Shown here in pieces: positions 55,061 to 62,901 of a stretch of 64,000 bases of DNA (positions are counted from its first letter, which is position 1; each line of letters starts with the position of its first letter). The notes beneath the pieces were generated by a model that did no database searches, had not been told where the DNA came from, and was given only the letters and a program-made list of their open reading frames with translations. Location: NCBI GenBank assembly GCA_030744625.1, contig JASLQF010000005.1, forward strand, positions 8,482 to 72,481, in the 5' to 3' direction. Made by a program: the position numbers and the translations under genes. Source of the stretch: Rhodospirillales bacterium (GTDB lineage: Bacteria; Pseudomonadota; Alphaproteobacteria; Rhodospirillales; JASLQF01).

Positions 55061-55951
55061 TCAGTTCAGGGATTTGGGGTCGTCGAGCCGGCGCGCCTCG
55101 CCGTCCACCGCCTTGAGCCGCGTCCGACCGGAGCGTGGATTGACGCCATCCAGGCCAAGCATGCGGCGCACATGCGCCATGGGGTCCTCGGGCGAGGAAA
55201 AGTCGGCGCGCAGGAAGGCGCCGCCCCGCACCCCGATATAGGCCGCGTAGATCTGCGCCACCAGCAGGTCGGTGTACAAGAGAACGTCGCGGAAAACCCC
55301 GTTGTCGCCGAGGAACTGGCAAAGCTCCTGGCGCAGGACGAGGAAGGTCGCGTAGGTGTCGGGCACGTCGATGATCACGCGGTCGATGTCCTCGGCGTGC
55401 CATATCTCGCGCAGGACGCCGGTGTTGGCGGTGGCGTCCCACACCCACCGGCACATGAGGGGGTAGAGCTCGGGGTCGGTGTAATGAAGGACCTCGGCGG
55501 CCAGATCGTGCACCCAGCGGTGCGCCCGGTCCTTGGGGAAGCGGGCGGTGAAGGCGCGCACCCGAGCGTCGACGGTCGAGGTATCGTGGGCACCCTGCAA
55601 CAACTCGGCGACGGCATCGCGGACCGCCGCGAAGCCGTCGGCTTTGAGGCGCGCGCCGATGCGCCGGCGCACCGGCGCCATGAGGGCGCACAGCGCCAGG
55701 AAGGAGGGCTCGTCCATGCGGCCGGCCCGGCCGTCGGCCAGTATTTCCTGGAACAGCGCGACCTTGTGTCCCAAGGCGCTCACGTAGCGTTCGATGCCGC
55801 CTTCCCCCTCGCTTTGCGCGATCAGGGACTGCATGGCGGCGGTGATCGGCGGGCCACTGAGTTCGAGGACGGGGCGATCCGTCCCGGGGCCGGCGTTTAG
55901 GCCTGGGGGTGGCAATGGGCGGGGCGCCGTTGTCACCGTGGATACCCTCAC
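55061..55951 (-). CDS. Conserved hypothetical protein of hdr loci ('hyp')
   Basis: Track ORF of 296 aa. The GTG start overlaps the hdrA stop (GTGA). It occupies the position between hdrA and hdrC2 as in described sHdr loci. No motif recognised. Confidence 0.6.
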   Translation of the reverse strand: MRVSTVTTAPRPLPPPGLNAGPGTDRPVLELSGPPITAAMQSLIAQSEGEGGIERYVSALGHKVALFQEILADGRAGRMDEPSFLALCALMAPVRRRIGARLKADGFAAVRDAVAELLQGAHDTSTVDARVRAFTARFPKDRAHRWVHDLAAEVLHYTDPELYPLMCRWVWDATANTGVLREIWHAEDIDRVIIDVPDTYATFLVLRQELCQFLGDNGVFRDVLLYTDLLVAQIYAAYIGVRGGAFLRADFSSPEDPMAHVRRMLGLDGVNPRSGRTRLKAVDGEARRLDDPKSLN

Positions 55952-56997
55952 TTGGCCGCCGCCCGCCCACCGTGCAGGAAGGTGTAGGCGGCCATTGCCG
56001 CGGCTTGTGCCTGGGCGATGGAATCGTTGATGGTCTCCGGCCCGGTGGCGGCGCCGGCCACGAAGACGCCGGGTCGTGACGTGGCGCCCATGGCGTCATA
56101 GACGCTGGCCCGTCCGATGTGGCCGTGGGGTTCGAGATCGACGCCGAAGACAGACGACAAGAGCAGGTTGTCGACGTTGGGGTCCATGCCGATGGCGTGC
56201 ACCACCAGGTCGAAGGGAATGGTGATGGGCCGCTTGACCAGCGTGTCCTCGCCCTTGACGATGAGCCGCTCGCCATCCGACGTCACCTCGGCGATGCGCG
56301 CCTTGATGTACTTGACCTTGAATTCCTCCTGGCTCTTCCAATAGTAGAGATCCTCGTTGAGGCCAAAGGTGCGGATGTCCATGTAGTAGATGTAGACGTG
56401 GCACTCGGGCAGTTCCTCGCGGATCTCCATGGCCAGGTTGGAGGCGACGGTGCAACAGATCTTGGAGCACCACTCGCGGCCGATCTGGCGGTCGCGGGAG
56501 CCGACGCAAAGCAAGATGGCGACGCGCTTGGGCTTGCGTCCGTCGGACGGGCAGCGCACGCCGTCTCCGGACGAGAACATCTGCTCGACCTGGGTGGTGG
56601 TCACCACGTCGGCGTGGGTGCCGAAACCCCATTCCGGCTTGTTCACCGAATCGAAGTGGGTGAAGCCGGTGCACAGGATGGCGGCGCCGGCCTCGATCCC
56701 GGAGCCGTCGGTGAGCCGCGCCGTGAAGGCGCCCGCCTCGCCCGAGAACTCCTCGACGCTCGCCCCGGCGCGCACCTCGACGAGGTCGTTGGCGCCGACC
56801 CGTTCGACCATGGCGCCGATGGCGTCCCTGGCCCATTCGCCCGACGGCACCAGCTTGGCGTAGCCGGACAAGATCGGCGCGCCGCCGAGGCGGTCCTCCT
56901 TCTCGACGAGAACGGTCCTCTGGCCGATGGAGGCGAGCGCGTACGCCGCGGTCAAGCCGGCCGGGCCGCCGCCGACGATGAGGGCTGGCTTGCTCAT
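55948..56997 (-). CDS. hdrA: sHdr heterodisulfide-reductase-like subunit A (FAD, 4Fe-4S)
   Basis: In-frame ATG at 56995-56997 within track ORF 55948..57822, overlapping the hdrB1 stop (ATGA). VGGGPAGLTAAYALA and CVGSRD...REWCSKICC. 349 aa with no ferredoxin insert, as in the sHdrA type. Confidence 0.85.
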   Translation of the reverse strand: MSKPALIVGGGPAGLTAAYALASIGQRTVLVEKEDRLGGAPILSGYAKLVPSGEWARDAIGAMVERVGANDLVEVRAGASVEEFSGEAGAFTARLTDGSGIEAGAAILCTGFTHFDSVNKPEWGFGTHADVVTTTQVEQMFSSGDGVRCPSDGRKPKRVAILLCVGSRDRQIGREWCSKICCTVASNLAMEIREELPECHVYIYYMDIRTFGLNEDLYYWKSQEEFKVKYIKARIAEVTSDGERLIVKGEDTLVKRPITIPFDLVVHAIGMDPNVDNLLLSSVFGVDLEPHGHIGRASVYDAMGATSRPGVFVAGAATGPETINDSIAQAQAAAMAAYTFLHGGRAAAK

Positions 56998-58376
56998 TGG
57001 GCGTCGGACTTCTCGATGCGCTCGATGGGCTTGAAGCCGGGTCCCGAGGTGATCATCAAGCGGGGGTCGTAAAGGGTCTCCTGGCGTCCCGCCTCGATGT
57101 CCTTCAGGTAGGCCTCGAACTCCGCCTTCTTGGCCCGCCAGTCGATGCCGAGTTTTTCCATCAGCGTCTCGACGGGCGAGGCGTGCCAGTGGGACTGCAC
57201 GATCTTGTACGGGTGCGCCCCGCACACCAGGGCCGCGAACTGGCAGTCGGCGAGGATGGGAAGTGCCACCTCCTTGCCCGCCGCCTGGCTGATCCACTGG
57301 TTTTTGTCGAGGGTCGTGATGCAGCCCGTGTCGTGGCCGACCATGATGTCGGCGCGCGCCTCCTCGACGGCGACGCGCACCTTGCGGTCGATGGCGAAGG
57401 AGCGCGTGAATTCGCGCTCCGCGATGATGTGGCGGAACCCGAAGCCGCAGCAGTCGTACCAGGTGGAATAGTCGATGACCTGGCAGCCCAGGGACTCCAT
57501 GAGGCCGGTGGACACCGCCAGCCGGTTGCCGTCGAGAATCTCGTCGTCGTAGATGGCGTCCTCGGGCACCATCTTGTAGACGTGGCAGGCCGGATGGATG
57601 GTGGCCCGCACGTCGGCGCAGTCGAACTCCTGGTGATTGGCGATGGCGTTGCGCATCACGTGCACCCACTCGGAGTAGTGGACGATCTCCTCGGGAACCA
57701 GGAGCTTGCCGTCGACCAGCCGCCCCAGCTTGCCGAGAATCTCGGTGACGCGGGCGCGCAGTTCGGGTGAGCGCAGCAGGTATCCCCGCACCTCCTTGTA
57801 GTTGCCGAACGACGTTCCGCAATGCACCAGCGGATAGAAATGGCCGTCGGGCAGGCCCTGGGCGCGGGAGGACACGTAAGCCTGGTGGAAGTTACGCAGG
57901 AACACGGCGACCAGGCTCTCCAGGTTGCCGATGCCGGAGCCATGATAGTTCCACGCCGTGCACGAGGTCTGGTCGGTCTCGTCCAGGTACTCGATGTCCA
58001 TCTTGTTCATGAGCCACAGGAGCGAGGTCGGGTATCCCGGGATGTTGCCGCACTGGCCGCACGATTTGTGGTGCCACAGCCGCCGGGTGGGGATTGTCTT
58101 GTCCCACCCGTAGAGGGTCTTGACCGTTACCGGGTCGTGGCTGTCGGCGACCCGGTGGACGACGATCTCGCCGTCCTTCTCGAGCTGCCACATGATGTCG
58201 CGCACGTCCTCGACGCGGTCCTTGTTGGTAAGCATGGAGCGCTTGTCGACGCGCTGCTCGACCCAGGCGGTGGCGGTGCGCGCCTCGTCGGCGCTGAGGC
58301 CGGCGTCCTTCCACTCGGGTCCGTGTCCGGTGAACTTTTCGCCATCGTTCGTGCCCATGCGATCATCCGTTGCCAT
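56994..58376 (-). CDS. hdrB1: sHdr heterodisulfide-reductase-like subunit B1
   Basis: Track ORF of 460 aa. CCG domain (WYDCCGFGF) plus Cys-rich HHKSCGQCGN. Confidence 0.8.
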   Translation of the reverse strand: MATDDRMGTNDGEKFTGHGPEWKDAGLSADEARTATAWVEQRVDKRSMLTNKDRVEDVRDIMWQLEKDGEIVVHRVADSHDPVTVKTLYGWDKTIPTRRLWHHKSCGQCGNIPGYPTSLLWLMNKMDIEYLDETDQTSCTAWNYHGSGIGNLESLVAVFLRNFHQAYVSSRAQGLPDGHFYPLVHCGTSFGNYKEVRGYLLRSPELRARVTEILGKLGRLVDGKLLVPEEIVHYSEWVHVMRNAIANHQEFDCADVRATIHPACHVYKMVPEDAIYDDEILDGNRLAVSTGLMESLGCQVIDYSTWYDCCGFGFRHIIAEREFTRSFAIDRKVRVAVEEARADIMVGHDTGCITTLDKNQWISQAAGKEVALPILADCQFAALVCGAHPYKIVQSHWHASPVETLMEKLGIDWRAKKAEFEAYLKDIEAGRQETLYDPRLMITSGPGFKPIERIEKSDAQ

Positions 58377-58380
58377 GTTC

Positions 58381-59142
58381 TCAATCCTCCTCGTCGTCGT
58401 CCGCCTCGTCCTGTTCCTCGAGCCAGTCCTCGTAGTCCTCGCGCTTCTCGTCGATGATGTCGGTGATTACGTCAAAGAGGTTCTCGTCGATGCCCTCGAG
58501 CCGGTCGAGGACGCCGGTCATTTCCCAGATGGTGTAGAGTTCGATGGAGGTCTTCAGGTTGACCTCCCACGCTGTCTCCGTGGTGTTGAGGGTCGGCACG
58601 GGGATGGCCTTGCGCAGGATGTCGAGCGGTGCGTCCACCTTCGAGATGTTGGGCCCCCAATCAGGGAAATGGTCGGGGGTGACCATGTCGGGCGCCAGCT
58701 GGTTGCCCGTCGAGATCAGCTTCAGCATGACCCGGCTGAAAGGGCGCAGAACGTTCTTGGCCGATTCCATGCCGTGCTTGATGGCCGCCTCGCGCATGAT
58801 CATGATGAGCCCGCCCGGGGAATTGCCGAACGGGCAGCGCGCGGCGCAGGTGTAGCACTGGGCGCAGGCCCAGATTTTCTCCTGCATGGCGTCGTGGATG
58901 CCTTCCAGGTTTTCGGTCCACAGGAGCTGTACGATTTCGCGCGGCGAGAAGTCGAAATAATAGGCCGCCGGGCAGGTCGCCGTGCAGATGCCGCAGTTGA
59001 GACAGCCGTTCAGTTCGTGGTCGTAGCGGGCGTCTTTCTGGATGTCCTGGAATATGTCTTCCAGGTCTTGGCGCGGCATCGCCGGTGCGTCCGAAACCGG
59101 ATCGCCGATGTGTTCCTGAACCCTGGTGCCCGTGCCGTGCAA
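58381..59142 (-). CDS. hdrC1: sHdr heterodisulfide-reductase-like subunit C1
   Basis: Track ORF of 253 aa from a TTG start; an alternative ATG lies 21 codons in. CLNCGICTATCP and CAQCYTCAARCP motifs. Strongly acidic C-terminal tail EEQDEADDDEED. Confidence 0.8.
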   Translation of the reverse strand: MHGTGTRVQEHIGDPVSDAPAMPRQDLEDIFQDIQKDARYDHELNGCLNCGICTATCPAAYYFDFSPREIVQLLWTENLEGIHDAMQEKIWACAQCYTCAARCPFGNSPGGLIMIMREAAIKHGMESAKNVLRPFSRVMLKLISTGNQLAPDMVTPDHFPDWGPNISKVDAPLDILRKAIPVPTLNTTETAWEVNLKTSIELYTIWEMTGVLDRLEGIDENLFDVITDIIDEKREDYEDWLEEQDEADDDEED

Positions 59143-59154
59143 GGTGCACCGCCC

Positions 59155-59532
59155 CTAGTAGGTGAGGACCTTGCAGTCCCCCTCCATGACTTCCTCGATC
59201 ACGTAGGCGCCGCCGACGATGCCCGAGCATTCGGGGATCAGGTCGTCCTCGGTCATGTCGAAAAGGTCGAGATTGGGGGAGCAGCAAGAGAACTTGACGC
59301 CGGCCTCGTGGGCATCCTTGATAAATTCGTAGACCGACTTATCGGAGCCTTCCTTGACGAAAAGATTTTCGGCGACGCCTTTTTTCATCAACTGGCCGGC
59401 GGCGGCGGTGCACACCACCTCGACCTCGTATTCCATTGCCGCCGCCACGGACGCCTGAAAGAACGGCGCCCCCAGCTCCTCCCCATTGCGGGGATCGGTA
59501 TTCACCAGGATCATCAGCAGCTTATCCGCCAT
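59155..59532 (-). CDS. dsrE: DsrE/DsrF-family sulfur-relay protein
   Basis: Track ORF 59155..59586, with an in-frame ATG at 59530-59532 (MADKLLMILVNTDP). 125 aa, with Cys pair FSCCSPN. Confidence 0.7.
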   Translation of the reverse strand: MADKLLMILVNTDPRNGEELGAPFFQASVAAAMEYEVEVVCTAAAGQLMKKGVAENLFVKEGSDKSVYEFIKDAHEAGVKFSCCSPNLDLFDMTEDDLIPECSGIVGGAYVIEEVMEGDCKVLTY

Positions 59533-59616
59533 CGATGCCTCGCCCCGTACTATGAGTGGAAACCCGGGCCCCAATCCCGCAAGCAAACACCAGGCCGGCG
59601 CGTTTGGTTAAGCCCG

Positions 59617-59670
59617 GTTTCGAATATTAGAGTTTCCTAAAATAAAAGTCAATATTAATAAAATACCAAC
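59617..59670. promoter_or_regulatory. AT-rich divergent control block with two AATATT palindromes
   Basis: Hand count gives 11 G+C in the 50 nt 59621-59670, against very GC-rich flanks. AATATT occurs at 59623-59628 and 59651-59656, 28 bp apart. It lies between dsrE-hdr (minus) and ubiD-like (plus). Confidence 0.4.
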
Positions 59671-59844
59671 GCAATCATCGGGCGTTTTCGTGATCTGGAC
59701 GCGCGCCCATCTCGGCGGGCGAAACTTGCGTGCGCCCGAGCGCTGTTGCCAAGGCGGCGAAGGCGTGAACATTATCGCGCCAGCCGGAGAGCCGCGCCCG
59801 CTTCGAGCGTCGTTGCGCGGGCCGGACGATGAGGGAGGAACCAG

Positions 59845-61293
59845 ATGCCTTTCGAGAGCCTGCGCCCCTATCTCGACGCGCTCGAGAAGAACGGCGTGTT
59901 CAAGTGGGTCGATCGCGAAGTCGACAAGGACTGGGAGATTAGCTGCGTCGGGCGCATGCTGTTCCGTGCCATGCCCGAGGAACGCCGCATCGGCATTGGC
60001 TTCAACAACATCAAGGATTTCCCCGGAAGCCGCGTCGTCGCCGGCGTCATCGCCGCCTCCGAGCCGATGGTGGCCACGGCGCTGGAGTGCGACGCCAATG
60101 CGGCGGCCATCCACGAGCGCCTGATCCGAGGCCTCACCGACCCCATCGATCCGGTGATGGTGGAGGACGGCCCCTGCAAGGAGGTCATCCTCGGCCCCGC
60201 CGACGCCGACCTGGGCGCGATCCCCGCCCCCATATGGACGCCGAGCAAGGACGCCGGCCCCTACCTGACGCCGCTGTGGGTGACCAAGGACCCGGACAGC
60301 GGCCGACGCAACATCGGCATCCGCCGCTGCCAGATCAAGGGCCGCGACAAGACGGGCATCCTGTTCGGCGCCCCCGACCGCGGCGGCGCCATCCATCACG
60401 AGAAGTGGAAGAGCCTCGGCAAGCCGATGCCGGCGGCCATCTTCATCGGCGGCGATCCCGTGCAGTACATTGTGGCGCCGTCGCGCTACGGCCCCGACGA
60501 ACTCAGCGTGGCCGGCGGCGTGCGCGGCGAGGCCATCGAACTCGTCAAGTGCGAGACCGTCGATCTCGAGGTCCCGGCCACCGCCGAAATCGTCATCGAG
60601 GGCGAGGTGTCGACCGATTATACCGAGCCCGAGGGCCCCTTCGGCGAGTTCACCGGCTACATGGCCGGCGGGCGCCAAGGCCCGGTGTTCACGGTCAAGT
60701 GCATCACGCATCGCAAGGACCCCATCGTGCTCGGCGTGATCAGCCAGTTCCCGCCCAGCGAGAGCAGCATGATCAAGCGCATCCTCTTGGAAGCGAGCCT
60801 GCTCAAGCACGTCGGCCAGGACCTCAACATCCCCGGCGTCGTCGACATCCACGCCCTGGAGGCGGGCGGCTGCACGGCGACGCTGTGGGTCAGCATCAAG
60901 AAGATGTACACCGGCCACGTCGATCAGGTGGTGTTCGGCATCCTCGGCTATTTCGGGATGAGCTACTACAAATGGATCATCGTCACCGATGATGCCGTCG
61001 ACATCCGCGATCCCTTCATGCGCGACTGGATCATGGCCTGGCACGTGCAACCCGACCGCGACATCCGCATCCTTGCCAACACCGCCGCCGTCGAACTCGA
61101 CCCGTCGGGCTATCCCCCCGACGAGAACCCGGACGAAAGGCTGGGCGGCAAGGTCATCATCGACGCCACCAGGAAGTTCGATTTCCCCGACCTCTCGCTG
61201 CCGCCCATGCAGTACATGAAGCGCGTCGTCGACAGCTGGGACGACTACGGCCTACCGCCGCTTGATGAGCTTAAATTGCCCAAGAATGTCTGA
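59845..61293 (+). CDS. UbiD-family (prFMN-dependent) decarboxylase/carboxylase
   Basis: Track ORF of 482 aa. LRPYLDALEK start, RNIGIRRCQ, and EGPFGEFTGYMAG catalytic-Glu loop. Confidence 0.85.
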   Translation: MPFESLRPYLDALEKNGVFKWVDREVDKDWEISCVGRMLFRAMPEERRIGIGFNNIKDFPGSRVVAGVIAASEPMVATALECDANAAAIHERLIRGLTDPIDPVMVEDGPCKEVILGPADADLGAIPAPIWTPSKDAGPYLTPLWVTKDPDSGRRNIGIRRCQIKGRDKTGILFGAPDRGGAIHHEKWKSLGKPMPAAIFIGGDPVQYIVAPSRYGPDELSVAGGVRGEAIELVKCETVDLEVPATAEIVIEGEVSTDYTEPEGPFGEFTGYMAGGRQGPVFTVKCITHRKDPIVLGVISQFPPSESSMIKRILLEASLLKHVGQDLNIPGVVDIHALEAGGCTATLWVSIKKMYTGHVDQVVFGILGYFGMSYYKWIIVTDDAVDIRDPFMRDWIMAWHVQPDRDIRILANTAAVELDPSGYPPDENPDERLGGKVIIDATRKFDFPDLSLPPMQYMKRVVDSWDDYGLPPLDELKLPKNV

Positions 61294-61307
61294 GGCGCGC
61301 CGCGCCT

Positions 61308-62882
61308 TCACGCCGCGGCGTTCTCCTTGGTCCACATATCCCTGAGATCGCGGCGCAGCACCTTGCCGCGGGCGCTCTTGGGAAGGGCGTCGACGAAGTG
61401 GAACGCCTTGGGCACCTTGAAGGCGGCGAGGAGCTTCGCGCAGTGGCTTTCGATGTCGTCGGCGGTTAGGCGCTCTCCCGGCTTGGCCACCACGTAGCAC
61501 ACGATCTCCTCGCCGTAGATGGGATCGGGGACGCCGACCGCCGCCGCCTCCGCCACCTTGGGGTGCGTCATCAGGGCGTTGTCGATCTCCAGGGGCGCGA
61601 TGTTGACGCCGCCCCGGATGATCAGGTCCTTGGAGCGCCCCGTTACGCGCACGAAGCCCTCGGCGTCCATCACCGCCAGATCGCCGGTCTTGAGCCGTGC
61701 CCCGACGTGGTCCTCGTACTCGCCCTCCGGCGAGATGGTGGCCATGCACGCCTGCGGCCCGCCCACCGTCACCTCGCCCTCGACGCCGGGCGGACAGGCA
61801 TAGCCGGCGCCGTCGACGATCAGGAACTGCTGGTACTTCGCCGGCATGCCGACGGTTCCCGGCATTCTGTTGTAGTGGCGGTTGCCGCACACCCATCCAC
61901 CCTCCGAGTAGCCGTAGAGAGGCAGCAGCCTGACCCCGTACATCTCCTCGAAACGCCGCCACTGCTCGGGGCTGATCGGCGCCGTCGAGCACGTCATGTA
62001 GCGCAAGCTCGGGATGTCCTCGGCGGTGATGCCGAGGGGCTCGTTGAGCAGCATGTTGATGACCGTCGGCACGCCGGCCGCGAAGGTGATGCCGTGGTCC
62101 TTGATCCAGTCGAAGAAGCGGCTGCGCGAGAAACGCCGTGCCATGTGCAGGCTCAGCCCGAGCTCGAGCATGGGCATGAGACTGAGGATCTGGGGCGAGT
62201 TCCAGCTGAAGGAGCGGTAATCGAGGGTGCGGTCATCGGCGGTCAGTCCGATGAAGTCGATGGAGTTCTGTCCGTTCAGCCAAAAGGCCCGGTGGGTGGA
62301 GATGAGGGACTTCGGCGTCGCCGTGGTTCCCGAGGTCGAATGGATGGCGGCGATCTGCTCGGCGTCGTTCTCGATGTCGAGTTCGGGTGCCGCCGCGACC
62401 CCGGCGAGCGCCCTGAACAGCTCGTCGGCGGGCGCGTCGTCGACCGCCGGCCAGCGCGCCACCATGATCTTGTCGACGTCGATTTCCGAGGTCAGCCCCG
62501 GCCCGTCGACCTCCTCGTGCCAGAGGATCAGCTTGGGCTCGATGTGGCCGAGCAAACGGTTCATGTGGGCGGCGTTCATCTCGACGTTGGTCGGGCACAC
62601 CACGGCGCCGAGCCGCCAGATGCCGAGCCAGCAGATCAGCTTCTCCAGGTTTTCGTCGGACAACAGCGCCACCCGGTCGCCCTTGCGGATACCGCGATCG
62701 TAAAGGAAGCGCGCCATGCGGTTGGCGATGTCGTGGAGCTCTCCCCAGGTGACCCCCTTGTCCTGGTCGAGGTCGTGAATCGCCGTCTTGGCGGGGTGGC
62801 GGTCCCTGTATTTGATCAAGAGCGAGCGGACGGTTTCGAACGGCAACTCCGGCTCCGGGTACGGCTCGCCTAGGAGCACCAT
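61308..62882 (-). CDS. AMP-forming acyl-CoA ligase (adenylate-forming superfamily)
   Basis: Track ORF of 524 aa. HSTSGTTATPK (A3), TGDLAVMDAEGFVRVTGRSKDLIIRGG, and a C-terminal KSARGKVLRR. Confidence 0.85.
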   Translation of the reverse strand: MVLLGEPYPEPELPFETVRSLLIKYRDRHPAKTAIHDLDQDKGVTWGELHDIANRMARFLYDRGIRKGDRVALLSDENLEKLICWLGIWRLGAVVCPTNVEMNAAHMNRLLGHIEPKLILWHEEVDGPGLTSEIDVDKIMVARWPAVDDAPADELFRALAGVAAAPELDIENDAEQIAAIHSTSGTTATPKSLISTHRAFWLNGQNSIDFIGLTADDRTLDYRSFSWNSPQILSLMPMLELGLSLHMARRFSRSRFFDWIKDHGITFAAGVPTVINMLLNEPLGITAEDIPSLRYMTCSTAPISPEQWRRFEEMYGVRLLPLYGYSEGGWVCGNRHYNRMPGTVGMPAKYQQFLIVDGAGYACPPGVEGEVTVGGPQACMATISPEGEYEDHVGARLKTGDLAVMDAEGFVRVTGRSKDLIIRGGVNIAPLEIDNALMTHPKVAEAAAVGVPDPIYGEEIVCYVVAKPGERLTADDIESHCAKLLAAFKVPKAFHFVDALPKSARGKVLRRDLRDMWTKENAAA

Positions 62883-62901
62883 GGTTTTCCTCCTCGGCGC
62901 T

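Noticed and set aside
59601-59630. tRNA-like T-loop string GGTTTCGAAT
   Set aside because: There is no acceptor stem, anticodon arm or D-arm around it. It lies in the AT-rich promoter block.
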